Virus record (IMG/VR): IMGVR_UViG_3300002220_000624
DNA from: an uncultured virus (IMG/VR IMGVR_UViG_3300002220_000624)
Lineage: Duplodnaviria; Heunggongvirae; Uroviricota; Caudoviricetes
Direction: 5' to 3' (one strand)
Length of the DNA: 64,000 bases
In this document: positions 31,901 through 43,491 of the stretch, one piece after another
Position numbering within the stretch: position 1 is the stretch's first letter
Layout: each line of letters begins with the position of its first letter
Program-made: the position numbers and the translations under genes
Notes under the pieces: model-generated
Databases searched by the model: none
What the model was told of the DNA's origin: nothing
Seen by the model: the letters and a program-made list of their open reading frames with translations, nothing else

Positions 31901-32765
31901 TCTTATTCCACTGAAAAACGCTCATCTTATACCAGTCGCTTGTTTTGAATCTATTTATCAATTTATCTGGATTCCCAGGGTCAAATTTTGCCTGTACAGG
32001 TGAATATGTGAATTCAGCCCATTCCAAGGGAATTGGAAATCTCGATGACGTTGGAGAATCAAGCCCGTCTAGATTATATGTCACGCTATAAGGCTTGAAT
32101 AGAATCATTAAAAACATCTTACTTTTGATTTCAAAATCTAACTTAACACTGTCAAATCCTGAGTCAATCTTTGACCCATACTGATCCTCTGGCCTATACG
32201 GTATGTCGATTTCTTTTTCGTATCGCATAAAACCTTGAGGGAGTTCAATTTTTGCAACAACAGATGAATTACTTTCAAGCCATCTGTTGTATCGCATATC
32301 TTGGGATCTCCATTTGTCTGGGATTATCATAAATACATAACCGCCAATATAGATGGCGTTTAGCATTTGTTCAATTTCCATTAGATGGAGATTCATTTCC
32401 ATTTCATTGCTCGCCCTAGAACACCTGAACAATGACAATGTATCAGCAATCTTTTCTGGATGCAACAATCCTGTTTTATGATCGAATCCAAAAGTTGGTA
32501 CGCCGAATGATATGTGAAACATGTCTTTCGGCAGGTATATGTTTTGAGACTTTGTATTTAATGTTCCAGGAAAGCTAGAATTCCTGCCAATACTTGCAAT
32601 CTTCATATATTGTACATGAGACATTGATGATGCAAACTTTTCGCAATTGTCTACGGACGGACAAAATGCTTGCAATCTGTCTTGAAAGTTAAACATTTCT
32701 GAAATTGTGGCAGAAATCTTATTAGCGTCAAATATGTACATGCTACACCATATCCATGCAGACAC
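28956..32765 (-). CDS. SNF2-family (SF2) helicase/ATPase with long N-terminal region and Zn-ribbon insertion
   Basis: MGLGKT, LIVCP, SYDKL, MVDE, STGTP, EGMNIP, QAIGRMIRPQQ. Confidence 0.85.
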   Translation of the reverse strand: MSAWIWCSMYIFDANKISATISEMFNFQDRLQAFCPSVDNCEKFASSMSHVQYMKIASIGRNSSFPGTLNTKSQNIYLPKDMFHISFGVPTFGFDHKTGLLHPEKIADTLSLFRCSRASNEMEMNLHLMEIEQMLNAIYIGGYVFMIIPDKWRSQDMRYNRWLESNSSVVAKIELPQGFMRYEKEIDIPYRPEDQYGSKIDSGFDSVKLDFEIKSKMFLMILFKPYSVTYNLDGLDSPTSSRFPIPLEWAEFTYSPVQAKFDPGNPDKLINRFKTSDWYKMSVFQWNKMLKAYDNSTIVFGRTYKQAKIKDQSEMFVAKASDSFRQKIVIVDGLSRLKKSKNMVQVKITRSRIKIIGHTVAARCAIAEFMLSKDLSQETRKPNILTELNRDFDTVKFGLIKSLYDFGLIPCMLRSEQLAYEKRRKWINRQLTPIQRYIQVQGDASPTSGSKFNSAVSKDWDIVNDDIGLKATMRDQYDEWVRRATKMRLNSPGYTFGFQFNDIIMHAMKDSIVNGSIMGLGKTRELLFSAILRGTKRVLIVCPKRLIGTWQDEIESTLIPFARRVRKHWSNEMLSVSLPNIIEFASDCEEKKLTLFNIISYDKLKSTPRDGKFFCCPKCGFVTFSGSDKVDSMRCPGDPYYYDADPMKDKSCIGQLRRWKAANTERGSDEKLKYQKYKVHSKTGKKVHWNHHHPSRDGIPESECHIVDTRRENPYRDALTGKKPRPPLMKKMDTMYAKTKTSITGVQKKKVSELSQSEFELTGLSSEEYHDPNEIVDVPIVKRDYRKCGGKKFHAKWTFSELLRNRFNLVMVDEILTNVSNATSQRSQALNHLTAITRWTSTGTPMRGLPQRILNYINWTVDRQVFPDYRLFDSGGQKRFLDKYKTDVFVSGTEVEDGKIVGGKRKQIHKIRNPELFMSELSPFLIRRVRNEPEVAEYIPPVVCHYTDHRLPMDSEHRKFYQQMLELFKEWWQAMKEEEEGKKVGEGSLLAKLGWLIGAATNPHFIFDRLIENVRKGKADEITKKWASIIKPYKGPITAKMKKSIELIKDASMKKDKTIVFANRRQTLRLGNSICDRVGLQSMIVDGSVSLETKKGEARSQRHLVVQDFRFKGYDAMWAGIIALAEGMNIPEANHGIIYDTTWEPADAMQAIGRMIRPQQRKNVFVEFLMHEGTVDEYMIALCYLKKRSHDEGIDGISFDDISSEMIPDFRQYADSIVDGTEHILKRNMWLQVEKIKSEWEQDATKHLNEEEEDEDIDEEDYDDDENGN

Positions 32766-32771
32766 TATTTG

Positions 32772-33349
32772 TCATGTTATTACTCCTTCATCTGATTTGA
32801 AAGTTTTTTGATAATCAGGGTCAAGTGTTACTCTGAGCCCGTCGTTCATTCCAAGAACGTATACATACTTTAATTCTGAAATAACAAGAGACAAACCATG
32901 AACACCATGAACGCCACTTCGTGCGTGTTCTGATTTGATTTCCTCAATGAATTTAAGAAATTCGCAACTAAAGATCCTTGGATCGCTACTCATTCTGCGG
33001 CGTTGTCGATAATGTAATTTATTGTCGCGTCAATAATGTCATACAACCTTATATCAAGATTGCCGTATTCGGATAGTCCATTCAATTGACTTGATTCGAT
33101 AAGTTTCTTTAGATCCTCTTCCCAGGGTTCATACCCAATTATCTCATCACCGCATGTATCCTGTTTTTCATTTTCTTGAATAATCATATCAGAGCGATGC
33201 TTTCTGCATACTTGATACGCAGAGTTGACTACTACAACAATCTCTTGTAGTAGTTCTTCCATGCTTGCTTTTCGCAATTCAACTTGGCATTCGCCACATT
33301 CATCCTGCGCGACCACATTAGCTTCTGCGATACCGCTGCTATTGTCCAT
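32772..33349 (-). CDS. two small hypothetical ORFs (32772-32993, 32990-33349)
   Basis: Coupled ORFs; GGAG RBS before 33349. Confidence 0.5.
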
Positions 33350-33400
33350 TAGCTATCTCCGTAAGCGATAAAGTATTTATGTAATTAACAGTGTTAATGA

Positions 33401-33445
33401 AAATGGCGTAGCGGGTGCCGTTTCCGGCTACCCACTACGCCATTT
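33401..33445 (-). terminator. intrinsic terminator-like hairpin after the ParB-like gene
   Basis: AAATGGCGTAG...CTACGCCATTT inverted repeat. Confidence 0.6.
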
Positions 33446-33456
33446 GTGTTTCGTTA

Positions 33457-35247
33457 CTACAGGCTGATGTCCGGGAACAAAACTTCAATTTTCTGGAATT
33501 GCTCTGCGTTCATCGTCTTCCTTGCATGGGAAATCATTGCTTCCCAGATATTTGCTGTCTTGTCAGAGACAGTCATAAGCATTTCAGAATATTTCTTGTG
33601 AGTAGCTGTGTCACCAATTACTTCGGCCATAGAAACGATCGAAGAAATTGTAGAGATAGCTTCGATGTAATTGATATTCGCTCTGACTCCATCTGCCTCA
33701 TTGACAACCGCTTCAAGCAAAATGCCAGCAGTAGTAATCTTGTCAACGATAGAATCAATTGAGCGGACCTTGAGTGAAGTTTCACCGGACACGGTAGAAA
33801 CTTTCTTTTCTCCAGTGATTTCACTTGGCTTTACCTCGCCAATATCTTCTGCAACGTCGCCAATAAGGTCTTTCAATAGATCTTCTGTGTCTGCAATGCC
33901 GTCTTCGTCGTCATCGAGAATCGTTGGTTCAGAAGGCGACTCAGTTTCCACAACAGCTTCTGCTTCAGCGGATTCGGAGCCAGAACCTTTCTCGGTAATC
34001 TGCTTCATGATGTCGTCGAAGTCGATTTCGGTTTCGGCACCATGACTCATTGATTCGGCTTTGTCAGAGAGTTCTTTTTCTTTCCTCTGAAGCTCAGCAA
34101 TGTCATCAATGGTGACACCGCTTGTAGCTACAGATGAACTCGTTTTTCCGCCACTGAGGATTGCGATTATATCATCAGTGTCTTCTTCTTTTGTTTTCGA
34201 TTGAACGCGATTCTTGGCGTTATCAACCAATTGGCTAAACACGGTGTAATTCGCCGATTCTGCCTTTGGCTGAATCTTGCCATCTTCTGAAACACGACAG
34301 AGATCTCGAATCAGCTTCATTGCGTCTTTGAAATTAACACCGTTATTTTTTCGGCCAGACAAGAGCTGACCAAAGATCCGGCCATGTGACAAGTTGATTG
34401 CGCACGGATCGTTAACTGGAAGGCTTGCACGTCGTACATATTCATCAATGCATACCTGCATAACCTTCTCATCAGCGTCTCCGAGCTTTAGCATTTCCTT
34501 ATCTTCAGAGTACATTTCTTTCATTGCATCAGGGACTGCGTACATTGCATTGTACTGGGAGACAGTCGCTTGCTTGAGCCCAAGCATTGATGCGATGTCC
34601 TTCCATGAAACACTAAACGACGTTTTCAATCTTTGCAGATTATCGGCAGTTGCCCATGCAGGAGCATTCTGTCTTGCATTGTTTTCAATGAAAGATTTCT
34701 TGAAAGCATTCAGATCGCTAATCGAAGGCGAGAGTTCAACCTTTACAGGGTAAACCTTAAGCGCTTCATTGTACCTCTCGGCCCATCGACCACCAGCTTG
34801 CAAAATAACTTCTCGCTGCTGCTGAGCTTCATACCCACAGTCAGGGAACGGATGAATGTAATTTGCACTATCAGGGCTGATTTTGTTTTCTTCATTCCAG
34901 GCGTTGATAACGCCTTCAAGAGCAAGTCTCTGCATGGCTTCAAATCGAGTAAAGCCAGCGTAAATTCCAATGAAATTAGCTCCGTCGATGGTAGCAACAG
35001 CAGCGTTGATAGCAACCAACTGCTCATTGTGCTTATTGTCACCGAGAGTATTTGCAATGTTCGAGATATGATCGGCTGACGCTTCTGGCCGAGTGTTCTT
35101 AAAGATTTTATTAGACAAATCATGCAGGCTCAATACTGCGTATTGGACTTGCTTCGTAGAAATTGCTCGGTCAATTACATCCTTTGCGTTTTCGATACCC
35201 GATGTAGGAGTACCAACCAACATAGCGGCAACATGCTCTGCCATCAC
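33457..35247 (-). CDS. divergent ParB-family protein (ParB N-domain, HTH, acidic C-terminus)
   Basis: NTRP, YAGFTRFEA (GxxR), FIENNARQN, HTH WKDIASMLGLKQATVSQY. Confidence 0.65.
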   Translation of the reverse strand: MMAEHVAAMLVGTPTSGIENAKDVIDRAISTKQVQYAVLSLHDLSNKIFKNTRPEASADHISNIANTLGDNKHNEQLVAINAAVATIDGANFIGIYAGFTRFEAMQRLALEGVINAWNEENKISPDSANYIHPFPDCGYEAQQQREVILQAGGRWAERYNEALKVYPVKVELSPSISDLNAFKKSFIENNARQNAPAWATADNLQRLKTSFSVSWKDIASMLGLKQATVSQYNAMYAVPDAMKEMYSEDKEMLKLGDADEKVMQVCIDEYVRRASLPVNDPCAINLSHGRIFGQLLSGRKNNGVNFKDAMKLIRDLCRVSEDGKIQPKAESANYTVFSQLVDNAKNRVQSKTKEEDTDDIIAILSGGKTSSSVATSGVTIDDIAELQRKEKELSDKAESMSHGAETEIDFDDIMKQITEKGSGSESAEAEAVVETESPSEPTILDDDEDGIADTEDLLKDLIGDVAEDIGEVKPSEITGEKKVSTVSGETSLKVRSIDSIVDKITTAGILLEAVVNEADGVRANINYIEAISTISSIVSMAEVIGDTATHKKYSEMLMTVSDKTANIWEAMISHARKTMNAEQFQKIEVLFPDISL

Positions 35248-35265
35248 TGCATCCCTTTACTTTTG

Positions 35266-38200
35266 TTAAAATTGTTCAATGTAAATAACATTTCCACGAT
35301 CATTCAATTCGAGATACTTAAGCCTTGCTGACTCAGCACTCTCGATTAGTTTGTTACAGTTTTCTATGCAATCCTTTACGATACTGACTTGTTCACATGA
35401 AAGCAGTATAGAAAGAATCGTTCTAAGATTTGTGAGGCTAATCAAGTGCCTCACGCCAGGCTTCTTGGAAAGCGGCACTTTACTTTTTGACACTGTTAAA
35501 TCAAATTTCTTCAATGCAATACTTGAAACCTTTTGGACGTATTCACGCAATTCATACTTCTTGTCCACTGCCATAGCGTTCGCAGCGTATACGATTCCTA
35601 TTGAATTTACGTCAACGATAATGTTATCGTTCATTTTTTGAACCTTATCCCAGTATTTTGCTTCATTTCTTTAATTTCTGATTGACCAGTAGTTACACCC
35701 TTAAATACGAATGTTTTTCCTGTTGTTGATATCTGTCCAGGGATTTCTTCATCAACTAGATTTTCAGATATTTTCTTTGCTTTATTTATCCAAAACTCCG
35801 GTGCAGTGCATGACATTTCCAGCAGCCACCTTGCCACTATAATTGCACCCTGATCGTGAAATAGATCTTTTGCAAACCCAGATCTGCTAATGCAGTATTC
35901 AGCTTCTTCTTTTTTACCAGATGTAATGCATTCAGCTACAGATTTTAGATATTCGATGTTGGCTGGCTCAAATTCTTGCCTGTAAAACAATTTTATCTTT
36001 CTTGTTACAGCAAAAATGCGTCTATCTGTAGGTGATGATATAAATCCATGCCTTGCAACAGATAGGACTGATGCAAGAATCTCAACTGAATTAAGAATCA
36101 TTTCCTGAAATAAAGATGGATTCCAGAGTGGAGTGTGGCAAAACCTATCTTTAATCTCAGGGTCTTCGTATATGTAAATTAGCGCATATGGGTCTGTCCC
36201 TCTAAGGAGTTCTCTCCAGTGTGGCGTAGATTTATCTTTAAGCTTTTTCTTATTGTACGCCATTATCTCATGTTCGTAGTCACTTATTCCAAACTTAAGA
36301 TCTGACACAGACTGTGCTCCGTCGTTTGGCGGCGGGCACCTATACGCAGGTACATCAGGAAGGCAGAGCCCATGCTTTTTTAATTCACATGAATCACCGC
36401 AAAACGACCAGCATTTCATAAGATAAATCCGCTGTAAATAATTTGAAGCTTTCCAGATCCATTAACGCTGATTTCTACCTTGTGTTTTTTCTTCTGATTA
36501 ACAATGTTATCTGGTATCGGTTTTTTGTTATCAACTTCCATATCTTCGTCATACTGAAAAACAGGTGAATCGGGATTGATCTTGGTTGTAAATATAGGAT
36601 TAGCATTTTCAGTTATCTTGTACAACCACTGAAGATCTTCTTCCTGTTCTTCATTTAGGCCGCACATGTTTATTAACAAGTCGTGACACCTAAGCATCCT
36701 TTCGTAAGTAGCAAGCTTGACCTTAAAATAAAATATTGCAGTATTTTCAGGAACGTATTCATAGATAAGAAGTACACTATATAGCTGTTCTGTTGTAGTC
36801 ATAGAATTCCTTCTAGTTGTCCAATGTAGTATATGTTTCCACTAGAGACTTTATAGCTTCCGTTATTTGAAACAGAATCAACAAACTCAGGTGTTGGGTC
36901 ATCTTTGTTATCCAATGCAAGATGAATGCAACAAAACACTGCATCAATAAGCGTTTCGCTGTATATGGTTCTTCCAAGAATTTTGTCATTACCTATACAG
37001 AATGAAACATATCCAGGCATGCTTAGCCTTTGCTTGAAAATTTAACTCTTTTGATTTGCTTTCTCTTTCTTCTCAAGTCTCTTAAATCACCCTCTGCAAG
37101 CTTTACTATAATAGGATATAGCTGCGAAAACGACTTGCACTTTTCGTTAATCATAAAACTTACGACTCTTTCGTTTCGTACAACAGGGATTCTATACCCG
37201 CTAAAGTACTCTATTATATATTTTACGTGACGCATAACAACGTCCTTTGGTTCTATTCTATACTTAATCAACCCCTTCTTTTTTGCAAATGATTCAGCTT
37301 CTTCTTGTGACTGAAATAAATACGGTATCCCATACACAATACAAAGCGCTACATCAAACGGCTGTGTATTGTTGCTGTAGACTATTCCGTATTTAGTTAA
37401 CACTGTTAACGAACCTCTTCAAAGACTTCTCGCAAAATCCTTTGCTCCATCAGTTTTCTTTCTTGTTCTCGCAATTGCCTCTTACTGTATGGTGGATCAA
37501 TACAACCGCATCCTTCGCCGATTGCAGATAGAATTGCCATTGCAAAGATAATAAGAATCAATACTCTAAGTGACATACATTGGCTCCTATAACTTTTTTA
37601 TGTCAATCTTCATCTTCTCATACATTACCCAGTACTCTTTCCACTTAAATTCTTTCGGGAATTTACATACACCAATCACACGAAAGATCCTGTTTGGGTC
37701 ATTGCAATCTTTATGAAGATTTGCAACCCCATTTGACGAACCTTTACCAGTGATCTTCCCAGAGAATTTCCCCTGAACCTCAGAGTGCCTGCTGTACATT
37801 ATATACCTTGCAGGGTTTGTTGCAGCAGTAGATAGCTTCCAAACATTTCCGAATTGACCAACAAGCGATCTACCTTCTTCAGTGATGCCAATTAAAATTA
37901 CAGTATCGTCGATCATAAATTCTGGCTCACTGAATCTCTTTTTTGGAGCCTCGATTACTTCACCATCGTCTTTTGGTGATGTGCTGATTTCAATTGTAAT
38001 TTTTTCCGGTATAAGCTTTGATAGCTTGCCGGAGAACTTGAAACTCTTTGCTGTTTTGTATCTTTTTCTAATTTCATCCTCAAATATTGACTCGATTTCT
38101 GCTGGAGATAATGTAATTGTCTGTGTTGGCACTATACAGATCTCCTGTTAATCACAGTAGTCGAGTGTAGTTAAATAAGGGTGCTCTGGATCAAGTACAT

Positions 38201-39325
38201 CTGTGTAATCCTTTCCAGTATCAACGCTTCCTAATGAAAAATATTCATCCATGTCACTAACGTACACAACTGCATGCAGGTTCAGTTTTTCTTCTGGAAA
38301 TGTATTGAGTTTCTCAAGAAGCTGCCTATAGGTAATTGGTGATGAATTTTGTGCCATTGCTTGCAAATCTCCTATTCGATTAACATTGGGCAATCACAAC
38401 TCGAATCATATCCATCACACTCACTGTGATGAACAACACAATCAAATTCTATGTTGAGCTTTTTAAGTAATTCGCATAATTTAACCAGTTCTTCTCTATG
38501 AACTATTTCAAACTGTCCATAGTGAGCCATAGTTTCTGTCCACACTCCTAGTTCAGTTTCAGTGTGTTTCCTGCAATGAATAACTATCATGTAAATATAT
38601 CCTTAATCAAGGTTTATCCAATCTTCTTCACTGCATATTGATATGTGCGTTACAATTGACAAATCTCTTGTTGGATTTATAACGTCTTCTGCTGCTCGAA
38701 TTACAGCTTCCCTATTTGATAAGCCAAGAAACTTTTCATCAATAAGAAAAGTTGGTACTTGATGAGAAGAAGAGGTTTTGCCTACTCTCTTCTCGACTTG
38801 CGCAACTATCCTATACACAAGTTCTTTCCATGTATTCTGGATAACATTTTAACTCTGTTAACATTGCATCCGTCTCGCAACACCCAAACGAAACAGACGC
38901 CATGATTTCCATCCAATCTTTAACAACTTTTGGCACTTCGTATTTGGATATCATCTTTGTAAAATTATTGACAGTTTCTTCCTTAAGATGCCTATCTGCC
39001 CTGTTGCAATCTTCGATTGTCCAGTCAAGAGGATTAAACCAATTGACATACTCTTCTTTTGTCATAGCAAAGCTCTTCAATTCGGCGATATGCATTTCCT
39101 GTCTCCTTTCTCTTCTCTGGCTCTGTTTATTATTTCTTTAATTACAGCAGTAACTATATCGTATTTGCAATTAGATGCAGTTGAAATGCTTACATACATT
39201 GCTGTGTATTTAACACCTGACTTAATAAAAGTAATCTCAAGTGCATGTAACTGTTCATTAAATCTCATTTCAATAACCTCATCTTCTTGAAGCTGAGGTA
39301 TTATATTTACGATTTCATTTGTCAT
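35266..39325 (-). CDS. array of ~12 small hypothetical early-type ORFs (35266-35634, 35631-36419, 36416-36802, 36799-37020, 37023-37403, ~37406-37576, 37587-38132, 38148-38393, 38372-38590, 38603-38818, 38811-39095, 39077-39325)
   Basis: Tightly tiled, co-oriented ORFs with overlapping start/stop codons. Confidence 0.55.
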
Positions 39326-39795
39326 AGCAAATAATCACAGACAGTTACTCTTTGGAATTTACCAAAGTATTGCTTAGCAAGCTTTATCGCAAACTTAACA
39401 GGGATTCCACCTTCTCCGCATCCAGGCAGAGGCATTGCTAAATGAACTCTTTCGTGGGAAATGAGAAACTTGTCAACTTCCGCAAGGCCGCGTTTGATTA
39501 GCTCAACATCTGCATTATTCATCCATGAATGCCACGGAGCGTCAGCCTTTAATGGTTTTGTTGGCATTAGGATCAGTCTGATATCTTCGTATACCAGTAT
39601 TCCAGTATTTTCTTGATGAATTCTGCAATATTCACCGTATTGCTGAGAAAGAAATGGATATCTAGTAACAGCCTGCAATGCCGTTCCTCTCCCCATAACA
39701 GCATTGCCGTCTACTTTCCATCCAATGTTTGTGTAGATCAAACAATAATGCCCATGTTCGTGCTTATCCCAGATGCTACATCGCTCTTGCTTCAT
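39322..39795 (-). CDS. macrodomain (ADP-ribose-binding/hydrolase-like) protein
   Basis: TN.G..AVMGRGTALQA..RYP, PTK, LAMPLPGCGEGG. Confidence 0.75.
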   Translation of the reverse strand: MKQERCSIWDKHEHGHYCLIYTNIGWKVDGNAVMGRGTALQAVTRYPFLSQQYGEYCRIHQENTGILVYEDIRLILMPTKPLKADAPWHSWMNNADVELIKRGLAEVDKFLISHERVHLAMPLPGCGEGGIPVKFAIKLAKQYFGKFQRVTVCDYLL

Positions 39796-41092
39796 CCCTG
39801 ACTCTCTTCATAATTGCATTAACGATTTCACGTTCATTACCAATACTGCCTTCAAGTTCACGTCTCATTCTCTTGAGCTTGTTTTTTGAAACCTTCTTTT
39901 TTCCTACACGATCTTTTCTTGCAGCGTCAACTTTAATGTTCATTTCAGCAAACTTCTTTTTCATTACCTTCTTGCTTGGCCGAAGCCTTTTTGATGTTTT
40001 CATTAAGCTAGTTTCCTTCCTGCAATAACTGCTTTTCAATTATTCCATGAGTTTCATACATCATCATAGATGCCTCTGTTAATCGCAAATCAAACTTGCC
40101 ACTGTTAAGCGCAGCTTCCGCTTCGCTTCTGCTGTTGTAATATGCAGACTCTCTAGATCCTGGGTATGATGTAATAACTCTTCCGTTCTTATCTTCTTCT
40201 ATGTATATCCTTCCAATATAATATCCTGCATTTGTTCTTTCGACAACAAGCGGTGTATAGTACGCATACACTTCGCATCCACGAATTTTGCTGATATCAG
40301 AATAAAGTCTCTTGCCGTATAACGGCTTTACTGAAACATTATTCAAAAACCTCTCAATATGTCTACGAGACTCAGACGACATAAACAGTTCCTGTTTTTC
40401 TTATATTTGAAATTGCATCTTTGATTGTAAACTTAGAAGTCAAGTCCCTATACAACAGAACCTCTTCTTCTGTTAATTGATCTATTGTATAAGCAATCTT
40501 CTCTGCGCCCCATTCTCGCTCAATGTACACTCCTGCAAGGCACTGTACGCCATACAACTTAGACCACTGACCTTCGTGATAGTCTAAGCAGTATACGTAC
40601 AATGCCCGCAGGAATGACAGTAGTTGTAGCTGGAAGTTCACTCTGCTACTTTTTCTGCTGAGTCCGTGGTTTGATTACGAACGAAGTAAAGAAGTCTTGA
40701 GTCTTGAAGATCGAAAGAGCAGTTGCGACGAGATCATTGTTTCCAGTGGCTTCCCCAGTAATCTCGCAGATGATCTTAGCAATCCGTTCGTGTACCATGC
40801 TCTCGAATACGCCGCGGCACATTAACACTGTTAAATCACTAACAGTGTAGACTTCCATCGCATTCGTCATCGCGAGGCACTTTGATGCGATTGCGTCATA
40901 AATGGTAATAAGTTCAACGTTTTCTTTGCTAACGTTGCTCCTATTGCCATCTTTGAACTTCAAAATGAACGGATGATTCGGATTCCTCTTAACCTTAACG
41001 ACCTTCTTTTTCTTGCTGTCAGCAGTAGCGGCGGCAGCAGAAGTAGCGTCGGTGGTTGCGTTTTGATTCTGAGCTTGGGCTTGCTTAGCCAT
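39776..41092 (-). CDS. four small hypothetical ORFs (39776-40003, 40008-40382, 40372-40641, 40646-41092)
   Basis: Tiled ORFs; starts approximate. Confidence 0.5.
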
Positions 41093-41324
41093 TTTCCTTC
41101 TCCTCGTTTTTGGTCTGTGGTTTGTGTAAATGTGCAATTTCTTTTCTAAGTATTAAATATCTTTCGCTGCTTGCAGATATTCCAATCTTGGTTCTGCTAC
41201 TTGTTGAGCCAGCAAGAGCCGATACAGTAATCTTTTCTCCAGTAATCCTGTCGTGAATTACTATATCCCTCAAGTTTTCATTGTCGCTCAACGGGTATCT
41301 AAGTAATACCAGCATGCCAGGCAT
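41085..41324 (-). CDS. csrA: CsrA/RsmA-like RNA-binding regulator
   Basis: MLVLLR...IVI...ITVSAL...TKIGISA...ILRKEI matches the CsrA pattern MLILTR..I.I..I.V.V..V.IGI.AP..I.R.EI. Confidence 0.6.
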   Translation of the reverse strand: MPGMLVLLRYPLSDNENLRDIVIHDRITGEKITVSALAGSTSSRTKIGISASSERYLILRKEIAHLHKPQTKNEEKENG

Positions 41325-41543
41325 AGTAGAATCCTTTCCTTTTTTTGGTGGATTTTTAAGGTCCGATTATTGGATAGAAAGCAAACGCCAAACCTAATTC
41401 ACACAACAGGTTTCATTTCCATTGTGATTGCTGTTGGATAAGCGTATATTGCACTTTAGGCACCCTTTTGGCCTATTGCGGTGATACTCTTAACACTGTA
41501 AACTAGGTTTGGCGCAAAGAAAGTGGCGGGTGTCGCACTTAGA

Positions 41544-42605
41544 CTACTTATTCAGCTTCTTGATGAAGTTTTCGCAAGGCTCGAATTGCCCGTCTTCGTC
41601 CGAGATAAAGAACTCAAATCTGAAATCAACGTCTTTCATCATCGAGTACTTTCTCGTTGCAGCTTTCATGTGGAATCTAGCGTCAAGCGCATCGACCCCA
41701 CACCAGATTACTTCACTGCTTCTCGCCATCTCAGTGCGATTGAACGTCTTGGTTTGATTGTCTGCTTTCAGTGGCCCATACTGAACCACGGTTGCAACGA
41801 TCTTGTACATCGGCTGGTTGATGAAGTCTTCCTTCAATGCAACAACCTGGTTTTTCAGCGTCCAAGTGGTAACAACTGGACCGCGGCGATGCATTCCTGG
41901 GATGTACAGAACTTCGGAGCCGATTTCGATCTGATCGAGGACATTGATGATTTCATCATCAGAGTCGGAGTCGAACTTCAACGGGCTTCCGAGCGTCACT
42001 GCGTCATCGGTGAGAATTGGCGGGCGGTATTGCCGCAGATGGAAATACAGGAACCCATCGGCAACTTGAAGAAATCCCCACCACTTGCTGTAGTTGAATT
42101 TCGAGATAACGCCGGTTTGCATCTGGTCTGTCGTTCCAGTAAACCACTTAAACCCGATCCTCTCTTGCGACTCAGCGTCGTCATCGCTTCTGTCGCCATC
42201 AGCAGCATTGCTTTTCTTCTTATGCTTCTTTGGCTGCTGCTGCTGTTGCTGCTGTTGCTGCTGCGTGGGCTGCTGCTGCTGTTGCTGCTGTTGCTGCTGC
42301 GATGGACCATCAGAAGCAACTGACTCAACAAGCGGCTGTTGCGTTTGCTGAAACTTCTTCCGATTCTCTTCGGCTTTGGCTTCAGCTTCTTCGCGACGTG
42401 CTTTCTTCGCAGCCTGTTCCATCTCTTCGATAGCTTCAAGCCCAACGATATCGTCTTCGGGATCATCCTCTTCAGCAACATCGTCGTAGTTGTCAACTGG
42501 AACAACGACTTCTGCAGCTTCGGTTGTATTCACGGAAGCGGTATCGGGCGTGATATCGGAAGCAACTTCGGAAGCAACGGCGGCGGTATTATTCGTAACT
42601 GTCAT
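41544..42605 (-). CDS. cold-shock/OB-fold domain protein with acidic and poly-Q N-terminal region
   Basis: QTGVISKFNYSKWWGFL..LYFHL (CSD RNP1/RNP2-like). Likely ATG at 42605. Confidence 0.6.
   Translation of the reverse strand: MTVTNNTAAVASEVASDITPDTASVNTTEAAEVVVPVDNYDDVAEEDDPEDDIVGLEAIEEMEQAAKKARREEAEAKAEENRKKFQQTQQPLVESVASDGPSQQQQQQQQQQPTQQQQQQQQQQPKKHKKKSNAADGDRSDDDAESQERIGFKWFTGTTDQMQTGVISKFNYSKWWGFLQVADGFLYFHLRQYRPPILTDDAVTLGSPLKFDSDSDDEIINVLDQIEIGSEVLYIPGMHRRGPVVTTWTLKNQVVALKEDFINQPMYKIVATVVQYGPLKADNQTKTFNRTEMARSSEVIWCGVDALDARFHMKAATRKYSMMKDVDFRFEFFISDEDGQFEPCENFIKKLNK
42234..42299 (-). repeat. CAG/CAA trinucleotide repeat encoding Q10-PT-Q10
   Basis: ctgctg/ctgttg tracts seen directly. 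Confidence 0.9.
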
Positions 42606-42686
42606 AGTAGCTAAATCCCTATTCGCGTTTTCGGTGTTTTTGTTTAACAGTGTTAAGGTTTTGAGGTTTTGCAAGTGTTACAAGTA

Positions 42687-43455
42687 TTACAGGTTTTTCA
42701 GATCGTCGATGACAGATGCATCGCCAACGTCATCTTCTTCCTGTTCCTCTTCTTCTTCGACTTCCGTGATGCCAAGGCTCCTATACAGGCAATCTTGAAC
42801 GTCTTCATACTTCTCAAAGACGCCAAGATCGGCAAGTTCTTGGATAACGCATTTGATCGCACGATAGATCGTAACTGCCTTTGCGTTTTTCTGATCTTTG
42901 GCATTCATGGCGTCGTCAAGTTTTACGCATGCACTTGTACATGCATTCGCAACTATATTGCGAATCTTGATTCTTGCGTCCTTGACGAATTTTTCCCTGT
43001 ACGGGTTCTTACGAGTTCTCTTCGCCATAACAGTTCTCCTTGATGTTACAGTGTTAATTGCCGCGTCTCTTTTTGCGACAAACCAGAACAGGAACCTTCT
43101 CTTCGGCGTAATCGCTGCTGTCCGGCGATTCTGTTCGATACTTCCTGATTTCTAATCTGGCTGTCTTTGCCAAGACAATTGCCTTGGCGATTTCAAGTTC
43201 CTCGATCAACTCAGGGTGTAATTTTAATATCTTCCTCCTTTCTAAAAATTCAACCATCGACTCAACCCTCAAATCTCGCAGCGGAATATCGACTCTGTAT
43301 GTTCGGACATCACTAATGCACTCTTCATGTCGAAGCTCGATCTCCGCCCTATCGAGTCCGCCAAGCAGCCCGTCACCAGCATTCTTGGCAGAAACAATTC
43401 CCCTCTTTCCAGGCTGCTTGGCAATACATTCAAGTGTTGTGGTCTGAAATTTCAT
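42687..43455 (-). CDS. two hypothetical ORFs (42687-43028, 43054-43455)
   Basis: AGGAG RBSs in front of both. Confidence 0.55.
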
Positions 43456-43491
43456 GTCCGATCTCCTGTTAAAGAAACTAAACTGAACCAG

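Noticed and set aside
41523..42614. + strand ORFs with poly-Leu, poly-Cys or poly-Ala
   Set aside because: Alternative readings of the poly-Q repeat on the - strand.
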